Shown: positions 42,331 to 51,182 of the stretch, piece after piece
Position numbering within the stretch: the first letter of the stretch is position 1
How the letters are laid out: each line of letters starts with the position of its first letter
NCBI GenBank assembly: GCA_049972045.1
Contig: JBMFKS010000003.1
Coordinates: 9,723-73,722, forward strand
Origin: Anaerolineae bacterium
GTDB taxonomy: Bacteria > Chloroflexota > Anaerolineae > B4-G1 > DUEL01
Length of the DNA: 64,000 nt
Direction of reading: 5' to 3'
Translations under genes and position numbers: made by a program
The notes under the pieces: generated by a model
What the model saw: only the letters and a program-made list of their open reading frames with translations
Database searches by the model: none
What the model was told of the DNA's origin: nothing

Positions 42331-42798
42331 TCTGGCCTCGGGGTCGTTCCCAATTCCAGACCAGGTCCCGCCCCATCCGGACCCGCCGCAAACCTTGCTC
42401 CCGAATCAGGCGGCGCAGGCCGGCCAGTCGTTTCGCCATGGAATCTCGCGAATCGTACAGGATGACCCCGTCCAACGCCCCATCCAGAAACAGAGCGGGC
42501 AGGTAGTGGTTTGTCAACAGCACTTTTGTGGGTCTTTGCGCCCTCCCGTAGGGCAACTGCTCGCAGTTGCCCTACGGGAGTCCGGGCGAGAATCGCCACC
42601 CGCCCTCGCCACTCGGGCGGGAGTTATTGCTTCCAAAAAGAGATGCCGCTGAAACGGCTTCTGCGGTAAATACCGGGCAATCACCAGAAGGTCCCCATCG
42701 CTATCGGTATCTGCCTCGCCACGGGCTCGTGAACCGAAAAGAATGACCGCGATCAGGCGGTCGCCCAGCCCTTCCCGAAGAGCCTCCACCCCCGTCAT
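42263..42798 (-). pseudogene. Second nucleotidyltransferase gene split by insertion of a family C repeat element
   Basis: The N-terminal piece (42798-~42600) has ILFGSRARGEADTDSDGDLLV. Its reading frame then enters the repeat (..SCPTGGRKDPQKCC). The downstream piece (42556-42263) begins with the repeat-encoded MPYGRAQRPTKVLL and sits in a different frame. Confidence 0.5.
42508..42578 (-). mobile_element. Family C MITE-like element (cccgtagggcaactg..cagttgccctacgggagggcgcaaagacccacaaaagtgctgttgacaaacc), short copy
   Basis: It is the reverse complement of the elements at 50908-51032 and 52046-52177. It has an internal 12-bp inverted repeat and a terminal TTGACAAACC. Confidence 0.7.
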
Positions 42799-44087
42799 CG
42801 CCGCGTCTCCAGGATGCGCATCAGCGCGCGGGCCAGTTTCTCGCTGTCGTGCCGCCAGGGATGAGCCGAGTCCACCAGGTCGGCGGTGTGGAGGGTGTAG
42901 GAAGCACCCACCGGCACTTCCAGGCGGGGATGCTCAACGCCCTGGGGTAGCCGGTCGGCGCAGGCAAAGTTGTCGTTGGCCAGGACGATGGGGAAGAGGC
43001 CCGGGCCCACATGCCGCTCCAGCGCGGCCACATGGTCGCCGACGGTGTAGCCATCCGTCTCGCCCCGCTGAGTGGCTACATTGCAAACGTAGACCCGAAC
43101 GGCACGGGTGGCGGCGACGGCCTGGGCGATTTCCCGGACCAGCAGATTGGGCAGGACGCTGGTATACAGGGAGCCGGGCCCGGCGACGACCAGATCGGCC
43201 TCCAGAATCGCCCGCACCGCCCGGGGGTAGGCCGGAACATCGTCCGGTTCCAGATAGACCCGCTCAATCGCCCCGACCGTCTGGGTGATGGTGGATTCCC
43301 CCGCTACCCGCCGCACCCCTCTCTCGGCCGCATCCTCCCGCAGGTCGCCCATCAGGGTCACGTTGTGCAGGGTGCTGGGCAGCACCTCCCCCCGGATGGC
43401 CAGGACGCGGCTGGATTCCAGAATCGCGCGCTCAAAGGAGCCGGTCACTTCGGCCATCGCAGTGATGAAGAGATTGCCGAAACTGTGACCATCCAGACCG
43501 GCGTCCGCGCCCGCCGAGGGAAACCGGTACTGAAAGAGATGGGTGATGAGTCCCTCATCATCGGCCAGCGCTGCGATGCAGTTGCGGAAGTCGCCCGGGG
43601 GAAGAACCCCCAGGGCCCGACGCAAGCGCCCGGAACTGCCCCCGTCGTCGGCAACGGTGACAATCGCGGTGATGTTAGACGTGTAGGCTTTCAGCCCCCG
43701 GAGCAACGTTGCCAGCCCATGCCCCCCCCCGATCGCGACGACTTTTGGCCCCTGGCTGCTTTGCCGGTGTCGGTAGAGCGCCTCCACGACTTCGTGGCCG
43801 TCCCGGACAAAGGGGGAAAGGAGCACCCGGTTCAGACCGACCAGTCCCACAATCACCAGCCCCAGCCCCATCAGAATCAGGAGCGGGCCCCGGGTCCAAG
43901 AGGGCAGAAAGGCCAGCGATATATAGCGATAGATTCCGGAGAACAGGTAGAGTTGCCGGAAGAGAAGACCCGCCCCCAGGCCAACCAGGACAACGCCCAG
44001 CGTCAGCGTCAACAGCCAGCGTTTCACGCCGATGCCTGGGAGAAGCCATTTGATATAGGAACGGACCGATTCCGGCAACCGCACCAC
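42795..44087 (-). CDS. YvcK/CofD-like (UPF0052, gluconeogenesis factor family) with N-terminal membrane extension
   Basis: KVVAIGGGHGLATLLRGLKAYTSNITAIVTVADDGGSSGRLRRALGVLPPGDFRNC is the family signature. The first ~80 aa are hydrophobic. Confidence 0.85.
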   Translation of the reverse strand: MVRLPESVRSYIKWLLPGIGVKRWLLTLTLGVVLVGLGAGLLFRQLYLFSGIYRYISLAFLPSWTRGPLLILMGLGLVIVGLVGLNRVLLSPFVRDGHEVVEALYRHRQSSQGPKVVAIGGGHGLATLLRGLKAYTSNITAIVTVADDGGSSGRLRRALGVLPPGDFRNCIAALADDEGLITHLFQYRFPSAGADAGLDGHSFGNLFITAMAEVTGSFERAILESSRVLAIRGEVLPSTLHNVTLMGDLREDAAERGVRRVAGESTITQTVGAIERVYLEPDDVPAYPRAVRAILEADLVVAGPGSLYTSVLPNLLVREIAQAVAATRAVRVYVCNVATQRGETDGYTVGDHVAALERHVGPGLFPIVLANDNFACADRLPQGVEHPRLEVPVGASYTLHTADLVDSAHPWRHDSEKLARALMRILETRR

Positions 44088-44193
44088 CGATTCCCTGTGC
44101 CTTTATCATAACCAGCGATTGTCTGGCTTTTTCCCTTTGTACTACAAACCGGCCGATTTGTCAAACTGTTTCCCCGGGGGACTATCCCCGCGC

Positions 44194-44221
44194 TTGACAT
44201 CTCGGCCTGTTCCACTATACT
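44194..44221 (+). promoter_or_regulatory. Sigma-70-like promoter (TTGACA-16-TATACT) for the downstream gene
   Basis: It reads cgcTTGACAtctcggcctgttccacTATACTaaaac, about 40 nt upstream of the ATG at 44261. Confidence 0.5.
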
Positions 44222-44260
44222 AAAACAGGCTCATGCCCATATTCCCAGGAAAGGAGAACC

Positions 44261-44722
44261 ATGTCCTCAACCGGCCCCATCTTTGATGCGATGGTGCGCT
44301 TCTTCCGGGAAGACGACTGGCGCTATGAACAGTTGCCGGGGAAGCCCATCCTCCGGCTGGGCTTTCGGGGAAAGAACGGCACCTGGAACTGCTACGCGCA
44401 GGCGCGCGAACCGCAGCACCAGTTTGTCTTCTACTCCATTCTGGATGTCAACGTTCCCCCCAACCGCCGTCAGGCGATGGCCGAATTCCTCACCCGCGCC
44501 AACTATGGCCTGGTCATCGGCAACTTTGAGATGGACTTCAACGACGGCGAAGTCCGCTATAAGACCAGCATTGACGTGGAAGGCGACCGCCTGACCTCGG
44601 CGCTGATCAAGCAGATGGTCTACATCAACGTGCTGATGATGGACCGCTACCTGCCGGGGATTATGAAGGTGGCATTTGGCAACGCCGACCCCGCGCGGGC
44701 CATTGCCGAGATTGAGGGGTGA
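44261..44722 (+). CDS. YbjN-domain protein (putative sensory-transduction regulator / T3SS-chaperone-like fold)
   Basis: The 153-aa protein reads MSSTGPIFDAMVRFFREDDWRYEQLPGKPILRLGFRGKNGTWNCYAQA...FYSIL, a YbjN-like pattern. Confidence is moderate. Confidence 0.55.
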   Translation: MSSTGPIFDAMVRFFREDDWRYEQLPGKPILRLGFRGKNGTWNCYAQAREPQHQFVFYSILDVNVPPNRRQAMAEFLTRANYGLVIGNFEMDFNDGEVRYKTSIDVEGDRLTSALIKQMVYINVLMMDRYLPGIMKVAFGNADPARAIAEIEG

Positions 44723-45537
44723 TCACCAGCCTGAAAAACGACCGGGTCCGCCTGGTCCGGGCACTCCAGGAGCGGCGGCGCGTCCGTCAACGGGAGCGGC
44801 GGTTCGTCCTGGAGGGCGTCCGCCTCTGCCAGGAGGCGGCGGTGGCCGGCGCGCGCCCTCACTTCGTCCTGTATACCGCCCGCATCTGGGAGGACCCCCG
44901 GGGGCAGGCCCTGCTGACCGCCTGGCAGGAAGCCGGTGTTCCCTGCGAAGAAGTGAGCGACGGGGTAATGGCCGCCTGCTCCGACACGAGGACCCCGCAG
45001 GGGCTTCTGGCGGTTGTCCCGATTCCCGATCTGTCTCTACCCCCTCAGCCCACGCTGACCCTGATTCTGGACCGTCTGCGCGACCCGGGCAACCTGGGTA
45101 CCATTCTGCGCACTGCACTGGCCGCGGGCGTGGAGGGAGTCCTTCTGGCGCCGGGCACGGTGGACGCCACCCACCCCAGGGCGGTGCGGGCCGGGATGGG
45201 CGCCCACTTCCGCCTGCCGATGGTTGCCATGGACTGGGATGAGATCGCCCGCGCGGTCGCCGGATGCCGGGTCTACCTGGCGGATGCCCGGGGCGCAGTG
45301 GCCTACACCGACGCAGACTGGACGGGCCGGGTGGCCCTCATCGTGGGCGGGGAGGCCGCCGGGGCGGGGGAATGGGCCCGCGCGATGGCCGAAACCACCG
45401 TCGCCATCCCTCTGGCCAGCGGGGTGGAATCCCTCAACGCGGCGATCGCGGCGGCGGTCCTGCTCTTTGAGGCCGCGCGCCAGCGGCGCAGTCGGGCCGG
45501 ATCATCCGGCGCTACGGAGCACGGAACAGCAAGATGA
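44719..45537 (+). CDS. SpoU/TrmH-family RNA 2'-O-methyltransferase
   Basis: It contains LILDRLRDPGNLGTILRTALAAGVEGVLL and the C-terminal LNAAIAAAVLLFE. The start overlaps the previous stop as ATGA. Confidence 0.8.
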   Translation: MITSLKNDRVRLVRALQERRRVRQRERRFVLEGVRLCQEAAVAGARPHFVLYTARIWEDPRGQALLTAWQEAGVPCEEVSDGVMAACSDTRTPQGLLAVVPIPDLSLPPQPTLTLILDRLRDPGNLGTILRTALAAGVEGVLLAPGTVDATHPRAVRAGMGAHFRLPMVAMDWDEIARAVAGCRVYLADARGAVAYTDADWTGRVALIVGGEAAGAGEWARAMAETTVAIPLASGVESLNAAIAAAVLLFEAARQRRSRAGSSGATEHGTAR

Positions 45538-47186
45538 GCGACCTGCGCATCATCCCTCTGGGGGGCCTGGGGGAAGTCGGCAAGAACATGATGGCCGTGG
45601 AGTACGGCCAGGACATCCTGGTCATAGACGCCGGCCTGATGTTCCCCGAGTCGGATATGTACGGGGTGGATTTCATCATCCCCGACTACGGCTACCTGCG
45701 GGATAAGAAAGAGCGCGTGCGGGCCATCGTCGTCACCCACGGCCACGAAGACCACATCGGGGCGCTACCCTTCTTCCTGCGGGAGTTCCCTGTCCCCGTC
45801 TATGCCACCCGGCTGACCTGCGGCCTCATTGAAGTCAAACTCCGCCAGGCCCACCTCCTGCGAGAGACGGAACTGCACATCTGCGCGCCGGGCGACGTCC
45901 TGCAGATCGGCCCGTTCCGGGTGGAACCGTTCCACGTCTGCCACTCCATCCCGGATACGGTGGGACTGGGCATCACCACCCCGGCAGGCCTCATTGTCCA
46001 CTCCGGCGACTTCAAGTTTGACCACACCCCCGTGGACGGCCGGCCGACGGACTTCGCCAAACTGGCCGAATTTGCCGGACGGGGGGTACTGGTCCTGCTG
46101 GCCGACAGCACCAACGCCACCGAGCCGGGCACCACTCCCTCCGAGCAGGTAGTGACTCAGGCCCTGGACGACGTGATGCGGAAGGCGCCGGGACGGGTCA
46201 TCATCGCCACCTTCGCTTCCCTGATTTCCCGCATCCAGCAGGCCATAGATGTGGCCGCCCGCTACGGGCGCCGGATCGCCATCGCCGGCGCGACGATGGC
46301 GGAAAACGTCAAAATGGCCATCCGCCTGGGCTACCTGCACATCCCCGAGGGAATGATGGTCGGCCTGGGGGAGATGGAATCGCTCCCCCCGTCCCGCTGT
46401 CTGATTCTGGCCACCGGCGCGCAGGGGGAACCGACGGCGGTCCTGAGCCGCCTGGCCCTGGGGCAACACCCTTCCCTGAGCGTGCGACCCGGCGACACCG
46501 TTGTCCTCTCCTCCCACACCATCCCCGGCAACGAGGAGATGATCCACCGGGTCATCAACCGCCTGTTCCAGAAAGGAGCCGACGTCGTCTACCACCCCCT
46601 GGCCCCCGTCCACGTCTCCGGGCATGCCAGCCAGGAGGAGCAGAAACTGCTGCTGAACATCCTCCGCCCGCGCAACTTCGTCCCCATCCACGGTGAACTG
46701 CGCCACCTGAAACAGCACGCCAAACTGGCCGCCGAACTGGGCATCCCCCAGGAGCGCATCGCCGTGGTGGAAAACGGATACGTCCTGGATTTTGAGGACG
46801 ATAGCATCCGGGTTGGCGAGCGGGTGCCCGGCGGCTACGTCTTTGTGGACGGTTCGTGGGTGGGAGATGCGGTGGGCCCGGCGGTCATCCGGGACCGGGA
46901 GACGCTGGCTATGGCCGGGGTGTGCGTCGTCGTTTTCCGCTACAGCCCCCGGCGCGGGGCTCTGCTGGGCACCCCTCGGCTGACGGTGCGGGGGTTCGCC
47001 GCCCGCGACGCGGCGGAGGAGGTGATGGCGGGCGCGGTGGAAGTCGTCCGCCGCACCGTCCAGGAGGCCCGCCCGGGCACGCCCTCCGCCACGGTGGAAC
47101 GGCAGGTCCAGGCCGCCCTCTCCGAATTCTTCTACCAGCAGACCAAAAACCGACCCGAGGTGATCGTGGTGGCGGTGGAGGAATAA
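45534..47186 (+). CDS. rnj: Ribonuclease J
   Basis: MSDLRIIPLGGLGEVGKNMMAVEY, VTHGHEDHIGALP, and a beta-CASP with C-terminal domain in ~550 aa. The start overlaps the trmH-like stop as ATGA. Confidence 0.9.
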   Translation: MSDLRIIPLGGLGEVGKNMMAVEYGQDILVIDAGLMFPESDMYGVDFIIPDYGYLRDKKERVRAIVVTHGHEDHIGALPFFLREFPVPVYATRLTCGLIEVKLRQAHLLRETELHICAPGDVLQIGPFRVEPFHVCHSIPDTVGLGITTPAGLIVHSGDFKFDHTPVDGRPTDFAKLAEFAGRGVLVLLADSTNATEPGTTPSEQVVTQALDDVMRKAPGRVIIATFASLISRIQQAIDVAARYGRRIAIAGATMAENVKMAIRLGYLHIPEGMMVGLGEMESLPPSRCLILATGAQGEPTAVLSRLALGQHPSLSVRPGDTVVLSSHTIPGNEEMIHRVINRLFQKGADVVYHPLAPVHVSGHASQEEQKLLLNILRPRNFVPIHGELRHLKQHAKLAAELGIPQERIAVVENGYVLDFEDDSIRVGERVPGGYVFVDGSWVGDAVGPAVIRDRETLAMAGVCVVVFRYSPRRGALLGTPRLTVRGFAARDAAEEVMAGAVEVVRRTVQEARPGTPSATVERQVQAALSEFFYQQTKNRPEVIVVAVEE

Positions 47187-47188
47187 AC

Positions 47189-47227
47189 CCTGCGCCCTGC
47201 GACATGCGCCCTGCGACGTGCGACGTG
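47189..47227. repeat. Heptanucleotide tandem array (reverse-complement orientation: CCTGCGC/CTGCGAC)
   Basis: It reads ccctgcgccctgcgacatgcgccctgcgacgtgcgacgtg, directly after the rnj stop. Confidence 0.85.
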
Positions 47228-48471
47228 AAATGGACGAAGGACATTCTCCCCTGGGAGAAGACCCGCAAAAAACCCGTATCCTGATTGCCTACAAAGAGTT
47301 CCCTGCCCCATCGGTCGGGCATGCCGGTGGACAGGGGGTCTTCCGCCTCATCCAGGCGCTCCACCGGCGGGGCCATTCCGTCATCCTGGTCGCCCGACTG
47401 CGGCCGGAGGAGGCCCCTCTGGTGGAGGAGACCCGCCCCTTCTGTGAGCGCATCGTCACCGTTCCCCACCATCAGGCCCTCAGCGGGCCGCTCCCCCTGC
47501 GGATCGCGCGCAGTTATCTCTCCCTGCGGCGAGCCGTGGTGCGCACCCTCCGGGAGACCCGACCGGACCGGATGCTGGTGGAGTTCACCCAGACGGCCCT
47601 GGTCCTGCTGGGCGTGCGCCGTCCTCCCACCGCGCTCCGTCCCCACGACGTCAACTGGTTCCTGCTGGAGCAGCGGGCCCAGTATCAGCGAGGGCTGCGG
47701 CGGCTGGGGACACTGGCGCTGGCCCGGCTCTTCGGGCGACTGGAGCCCTGGCTCCTGCGGCGCTACGACCAGATTCTGGCCATCTCCGAGGGGGACCGGC
47801 GGCTGCTGACCCTGCGCTGTCGCCCCACGCCCACCCTGTTGCTCCCGCTGGCCCCTGCCCTCTCCTCCGATGCTCCACCTCATCCCGCCGTCCCGACGGG
47901 TGCCAACGTCCTCTTCGTCGGGGCGATGTACCGGGGGCCGAACATAGAGGCGGTGGACTGGTTCCTGAGCCAGGTCTGGCCCCGGGTGGCGGCGGAGGTG
48001 CCGGAGGCCCGGTTCTACGCGGTGGGGTACGCGCCGCCGCCCCAGATGCTGGCCCGCGCCGACGGCGAGCGGGTGTTCGTCACCGGCTACGCCGACGACC
48101 TGACCCCCTGGTATCAGGCCGCGACGGTCTTCGTCTCCCCGGTGCGGGTGGCCGGAGGGTTGCTGCAGAAGGTGCTGGACGCGCTGGCGATGGGGGTGCC
48201 GGTGGTGGCGACGTCGGTGAGCAACCACGGCATCGGGGCCAGCCCGGGCCGCCATCTGCTCATCGCCGACGAGCCGGAGGAGTTCGCCGCCGCCGTGGTC
48301 CAGTTGCTGCGGGACCCGGCGCTGCGGAAGCAATTGGGGCGGGCCGGGCAGGAGTTCGTGCGGGCCCGCTACAACCTGGATGAGGCGCTGGACCACTGGG
48401 AAGCGACCTGGTCGGGCACCGGGAGAGCCGGGAGGAAACGGTTCGGGCTGCGGGCACCCGAGATGGCCTGA
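47218..48471 (+). CDS. Glycosyltransferase family 1 (GT4-type)
   Basis: It has an N-terminal GT-B half and the C-terminal sequence FVSPVRVAGGLLQKVLDALAMGVPVVATSVSNHG (an EX7E-region-like motif). Confidence 0.8.
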   Translation: MRREMDEGHSPLGEDPQKTRILIAYKEFPAPSVGHAGGQGVFRLIQALHRRGHSVILVARLRPEEAPLVEETRPFCERIVTVPHHQALSGPLPLRIARSYLSLRRAVVRTLRETRPDRMLVEFTQTALVLLGVRRPPTALRPHDVNWFLLEQRAQYQRGLRRLGTLALARLFGRLEPWLLRRYDQILAISEGDRRLLTLRCRPTPTLLLPLAPALSSDAPPHPAVPTGANVLFVGAMYRGPNIEAVDWFLSQVWPRVAAEVPEARFYAVGYAPPPQMLARADGERVFVTGYADDLTPWYQAATVFVSPVRVAGGLLQKVLDALAMGVPVVATSVSNHGIGASPGRHLLIADEPEEFAAAVVQLLRDPALRKQLGRAGQEFVRARYNLDEALDHWEATWSGTGRAGRKRFGLRAPEMA

Positions 48472-48494
48472 TGCGACCCCGGTGGAGTACCGGA

Positions 48495-49676
48495 TCAACC
48501 CTGTGCCACCACTTCCCGATAGACTTCCTCCACCCGGGCAATCATCCGCTCCTGGGTGAATTCCGCCTCCACGCGCGCTCGTCCAGCCCGGCCCATCTCC
48601 ATCCGGAGGTCGGGGTGGTCCAGCAACGGGCGGAGGACTCCCGCCAGGGCCTGGGGGTCGCGGGGCGGCACGACCCGCCCCGTCACGCCGTCCTGGACCA
48701 CCCATGAGGTGCCACTCCCCACCTCCGTCGTGACGCAGGGCAGGCCCGAAGCCATCGCCTCCAGGAGGACGGTGCCGAAGGCCTCGGCGCGGGCGCTGGC
48801 CGGCAGAACGAAGATATGGGCCCGGTGGTAGAAGCCGGGCAGGTCGGCATCGGGGACCTCGCCCCGGAAGCGGACCCGGTCGGAGAGGCCCAGACGGGCG
48901 GCCAGCGCGGCCCACTCCTTCCCCATCGGCCCCTCCCCCACAACCTCCAGATAGACTCCGGGCAGTTCGGTCAATGCTTCCAGAAGGGTATCCACCCCCT
49001 TGTAGTACCGCAGTTTCCCCACAAAGAGCAACGTCGGCGGGCCGTCGTAGGGGGCGGGGGGCGGGACGAAACGGCGATGGTCCACTCCCAGCGGGACAAT
49101 GGTGCACTTTTCCCGCACGAGCCCCAGCCATGGCGAAGTCTCTATGTAGCGGGGACTGGTGGCGATAATCCGGTCAGCATGAGCCAGGACCCGCCGCAGC
49201 AGGGGGCCGTAGAGGCGCAGCCACCCCCGCTGGCGGACCACGTCGGAGTGGTGAGTGATGACGGTCGCCTGGGCCCGGCCCAGGACGTAGTTTGCCAGTT
49301 CGCCCAGAGGATAGGGGGAATGGACGTGAACGACGTCGGGGCGCAGACGGGCCAAACGGAGCGGCTGGCTCAGGCTTAGCGGCATGGACGCGGCGGTCGT
49401 CAGCCGCCCGGCGCGGATGACGGTCACCCCGTTCTCCTCCCGGACGGTGGTGCGCGGGCCGGGGTCGCAGACCAGGACGGTCACCCGATGGCCTGCCCGC
49501 GCCTGGGCTTCCGCCAGGACCTGGATGTGGTTCTCAATCCCACCCAGGACGGGGGGGTAGTCTTTGTAGAGGTGGAGGATGAACATATCGCGGATCGTCT
49601 TCGTGTTCTTTGTGGTTTGATTCGCCATTGCCTGCCCCCACCGGGAGAGACCCGGCGCTGGATGTCGTTGCGCCAT
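48495..49676 (-). CDS. Glycosyltransferase family 1 (GT4-type)
   Basis: It has ILHLYKDYPPVLGGIENHIQVLA at the N-terminus and FVLPASARAEAFGTVLLEAMASGLPCVTTEVGSG at the C-terminus. The start could be one of the internal Ms. Confidence 0.8.
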   Translation of the reverse strand: MAQRHPAPGLSRWGQAMANQTTKNTKTIRDMFILHLYKDYPPVLGGIENHIQVLAEAQARAGHRVTVLVCDPGPRTTVREENGVTVIRAGRLTTAASMPLSLSQPLRLARLRPDVVHVHSPYPLGELANYVLGRAQATVITHHSDVVRQRGWLRLYGPLLRRVLAHADRIIATSPRYIETSPWLGLVREKCTIVPLGVDHRRFVPPPAPYDGPPTLLFVGKLRYYKGVDTLLEALTELPGVYLEVVGEGPMGKEWAALAARLGLSDRVRFRGEVPDADLPGFYHRAHIFVLPASARAEAFGTVLLEAMASGLPCVTTEVGSGTSWVVQDGVTGRVVPPRDPQALAGVLRPLLDHPDLRMEMGRAGRARVEAEFTQERMIARVEEVYREVVAQG

Positions 49677-49732
49677 GCGCCGAAGACCTCGGCCCGAGGG
49701 CGTGGCGGGGCGTGGCCCTTCGGGCTATTTCT

Positions 49733-50659
49733 CTACCGGGCCAGGTACCAGCGGAGGAGGGCCAGGGCGGCGGAAGCGGAGGCGGCCTTGTTGGCTGACC
49801 GGTCGCCGGTCCAGCGGTGCTCCTCCACCCATTCCCCGTCGGGCGCAGAGAGCGCGAGATACGTCAGCCCGACGGGCTTTTGGGGGGTTCCGCCGCCCGG
49901 CCCGGCAATGCCGGTGGCAGCGAGGGCCAGGTCGGCCCCCAGGAGGCGGCGGGCCCCCCGCGCCATCGCCAGCGCCGTCTCTCGGCTGACCGCGCCGCGG
50001 GTCTCCAGAATCTCTCGGGGAACCCCTAACAACCGCTCCTTCACGGTGTTGGCGTAGGCGGTAACGGAGCCCAGGTAGTAATCCGAACTGCCCGGCACAT
50101 TGGTGATGCGGTGGCTGAGGAGGCCGCCGGTACAGGATTCGGCCGCGCCCAGGGTCAGGCCTCGCTCCCGCAGCAGGTGTCCGATCACTGCCTCCGGCAG
50201 CGGGTCCTCCCAACAGGCCAGGGGTGCTCTCAGGAGGCCCTCCAGGGCCTGCCGGGCCGTCCTCTGCTCTTCGGGCGTCAGCGGTAGGCATGCGAACTCC
50301 TCCTCATCCAGCACCCGCGTCCGACCGTCCGGGTCCACCCAGAGGTCCAGCGCCAGGTCCTCCGCGCGGATCTCGCCGGGGGCAATCCGGGCGGGGCGGG
50401 TGATGTTGCAATAGCGGCCCTTCAACTCTCCGTCCGGCGCGCGAATCTCAAAGACATTGTACCAGCGGTCGGCGTAGAAGGTCTCCAGCCAGAGGTCCCC
50501 CGGTTCCAGGCGCCCGTACTCCAGGTCCATCGGCGGTCGGTCCCAGACGGCGCGCATTAGGACAGCGTTGGGGGTCTGAAAGAGGAGCCGGGCCGGGTAC
50601 GAGATGACTTCCCGTCCCTGATGGTCCAGTTTGCGGATGATCCACGGGTCGCTTTTCAT
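49733..50659 (-). CDS. DUF402 (FomD-like NTP/NDP-ase) fused to CinA C-terminal / PncC NMN-deamidase domain
   Basis: The N-terminal half has YADRWYNVFEIRAPDGELKGRYCNITRPA...DLALDLWVDPDG. The C-terminal half has LGAAESCTGGLLSHRIT...GSSDYYLGSVTAYANTVKERLLGV. The ORF N-terminal extension to 50779 only reads through a palindromic repeat. Confidence 0.75.
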   Translation of the reverse strand: MKSDPWIIRKLDHQGREVISYPARLLFQTPNAVLMRAVWDRPPMDLEYGRLEPGDLWLETFYADRWYNVFEIRAPDGELKGRYCNITRPARIAPGEIRAEDLALDLWVDPDGRTRVLDEEEFACLPLTPEEQRTARQALEGLLRAPLACWEDPLPEAVIGHLLRERGLTLGAAESCTGGLLSHRITNVPGSSDYYLGSVTAYANTVKERLLGVPREILETRGAVSRETALAMARGARRLLGADLALAATGIAGPGGGTPQKPVGLTYLALSAPDGEWVEEHRWTGDRSANKAASASAALALLRWYLAR

Positions 50660-50907
50660 GAGTGACTCCACTGCAAAAAGGTCATTTTCCTGCAGAGGCC
50701 GCAGAGGACGCAGAGCAATGCTCATGAAAAACTTTGCGCTCTTTGCGTCCTTTGCGGTTAGTTTTTGCAGTAGACTCATGAGTCTCCCGCAAAAAACTCG
50801 CCGCAGAGGATAAAGTGCCTGGCGCGTTCAGCGCAGGTTGTTAGCCTGCACATACAAGACCTGACGGCCTGCGCTCCAGGGCTCAGATTGCCGATCTGAC
50901 CTACTTC

Positions 50908-51032
50908 AGTCAAGTTATACGTATGGGTCCGAATTGCCGACGCGGCGTAGGGCAACTGGGAACAGTTGCCCTACGGGCCGAATGGCCGACCTTGGAGGGC
51001 GCAAAGACCCGCAAAAGGGCTGTTGACAAACC
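50908..51032 (+). mobile_element. Family C MITE-like element, full-length copy
   Basis: It reads agtcaagttatacgtatgggtccgaattgccgac...gtagggcaactgggaacagttgccctac...gagggcgcaaagacccgcaaaagggctgttgacaaacc. It is ~85% identical to 52046-52177. Confidence 0.75.
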
Positions 51033-51131
51033 AGTAGGCTGGAGGGTAGCAATCGGCCGGACTTATTCTATCGCGGGCCCCGCTGCTGTCAATCCCCCCT
51101 GACCTGAAACCTTAAAATTTTCGCCCACCTA

Positions 51132-51182
51132 TTGACAACCGGCCGGTTCTGGTGTATAATGACTACTGGTCAGTATATGACC
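51132..51182 (+). promoter_or_regulatory. Consensus sigma-70 promoter (TTGACA-17-TATAAT) with overlapping TetR-type operator palindrome TGGTCA-N5-TGACC
   Basis: It reads aTTGACAaccggccggttctggtgTATAATgactacTGGTCAgtataTGACCca. It lies directly 5' of the TetR coding region. Confidence 0.6.
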
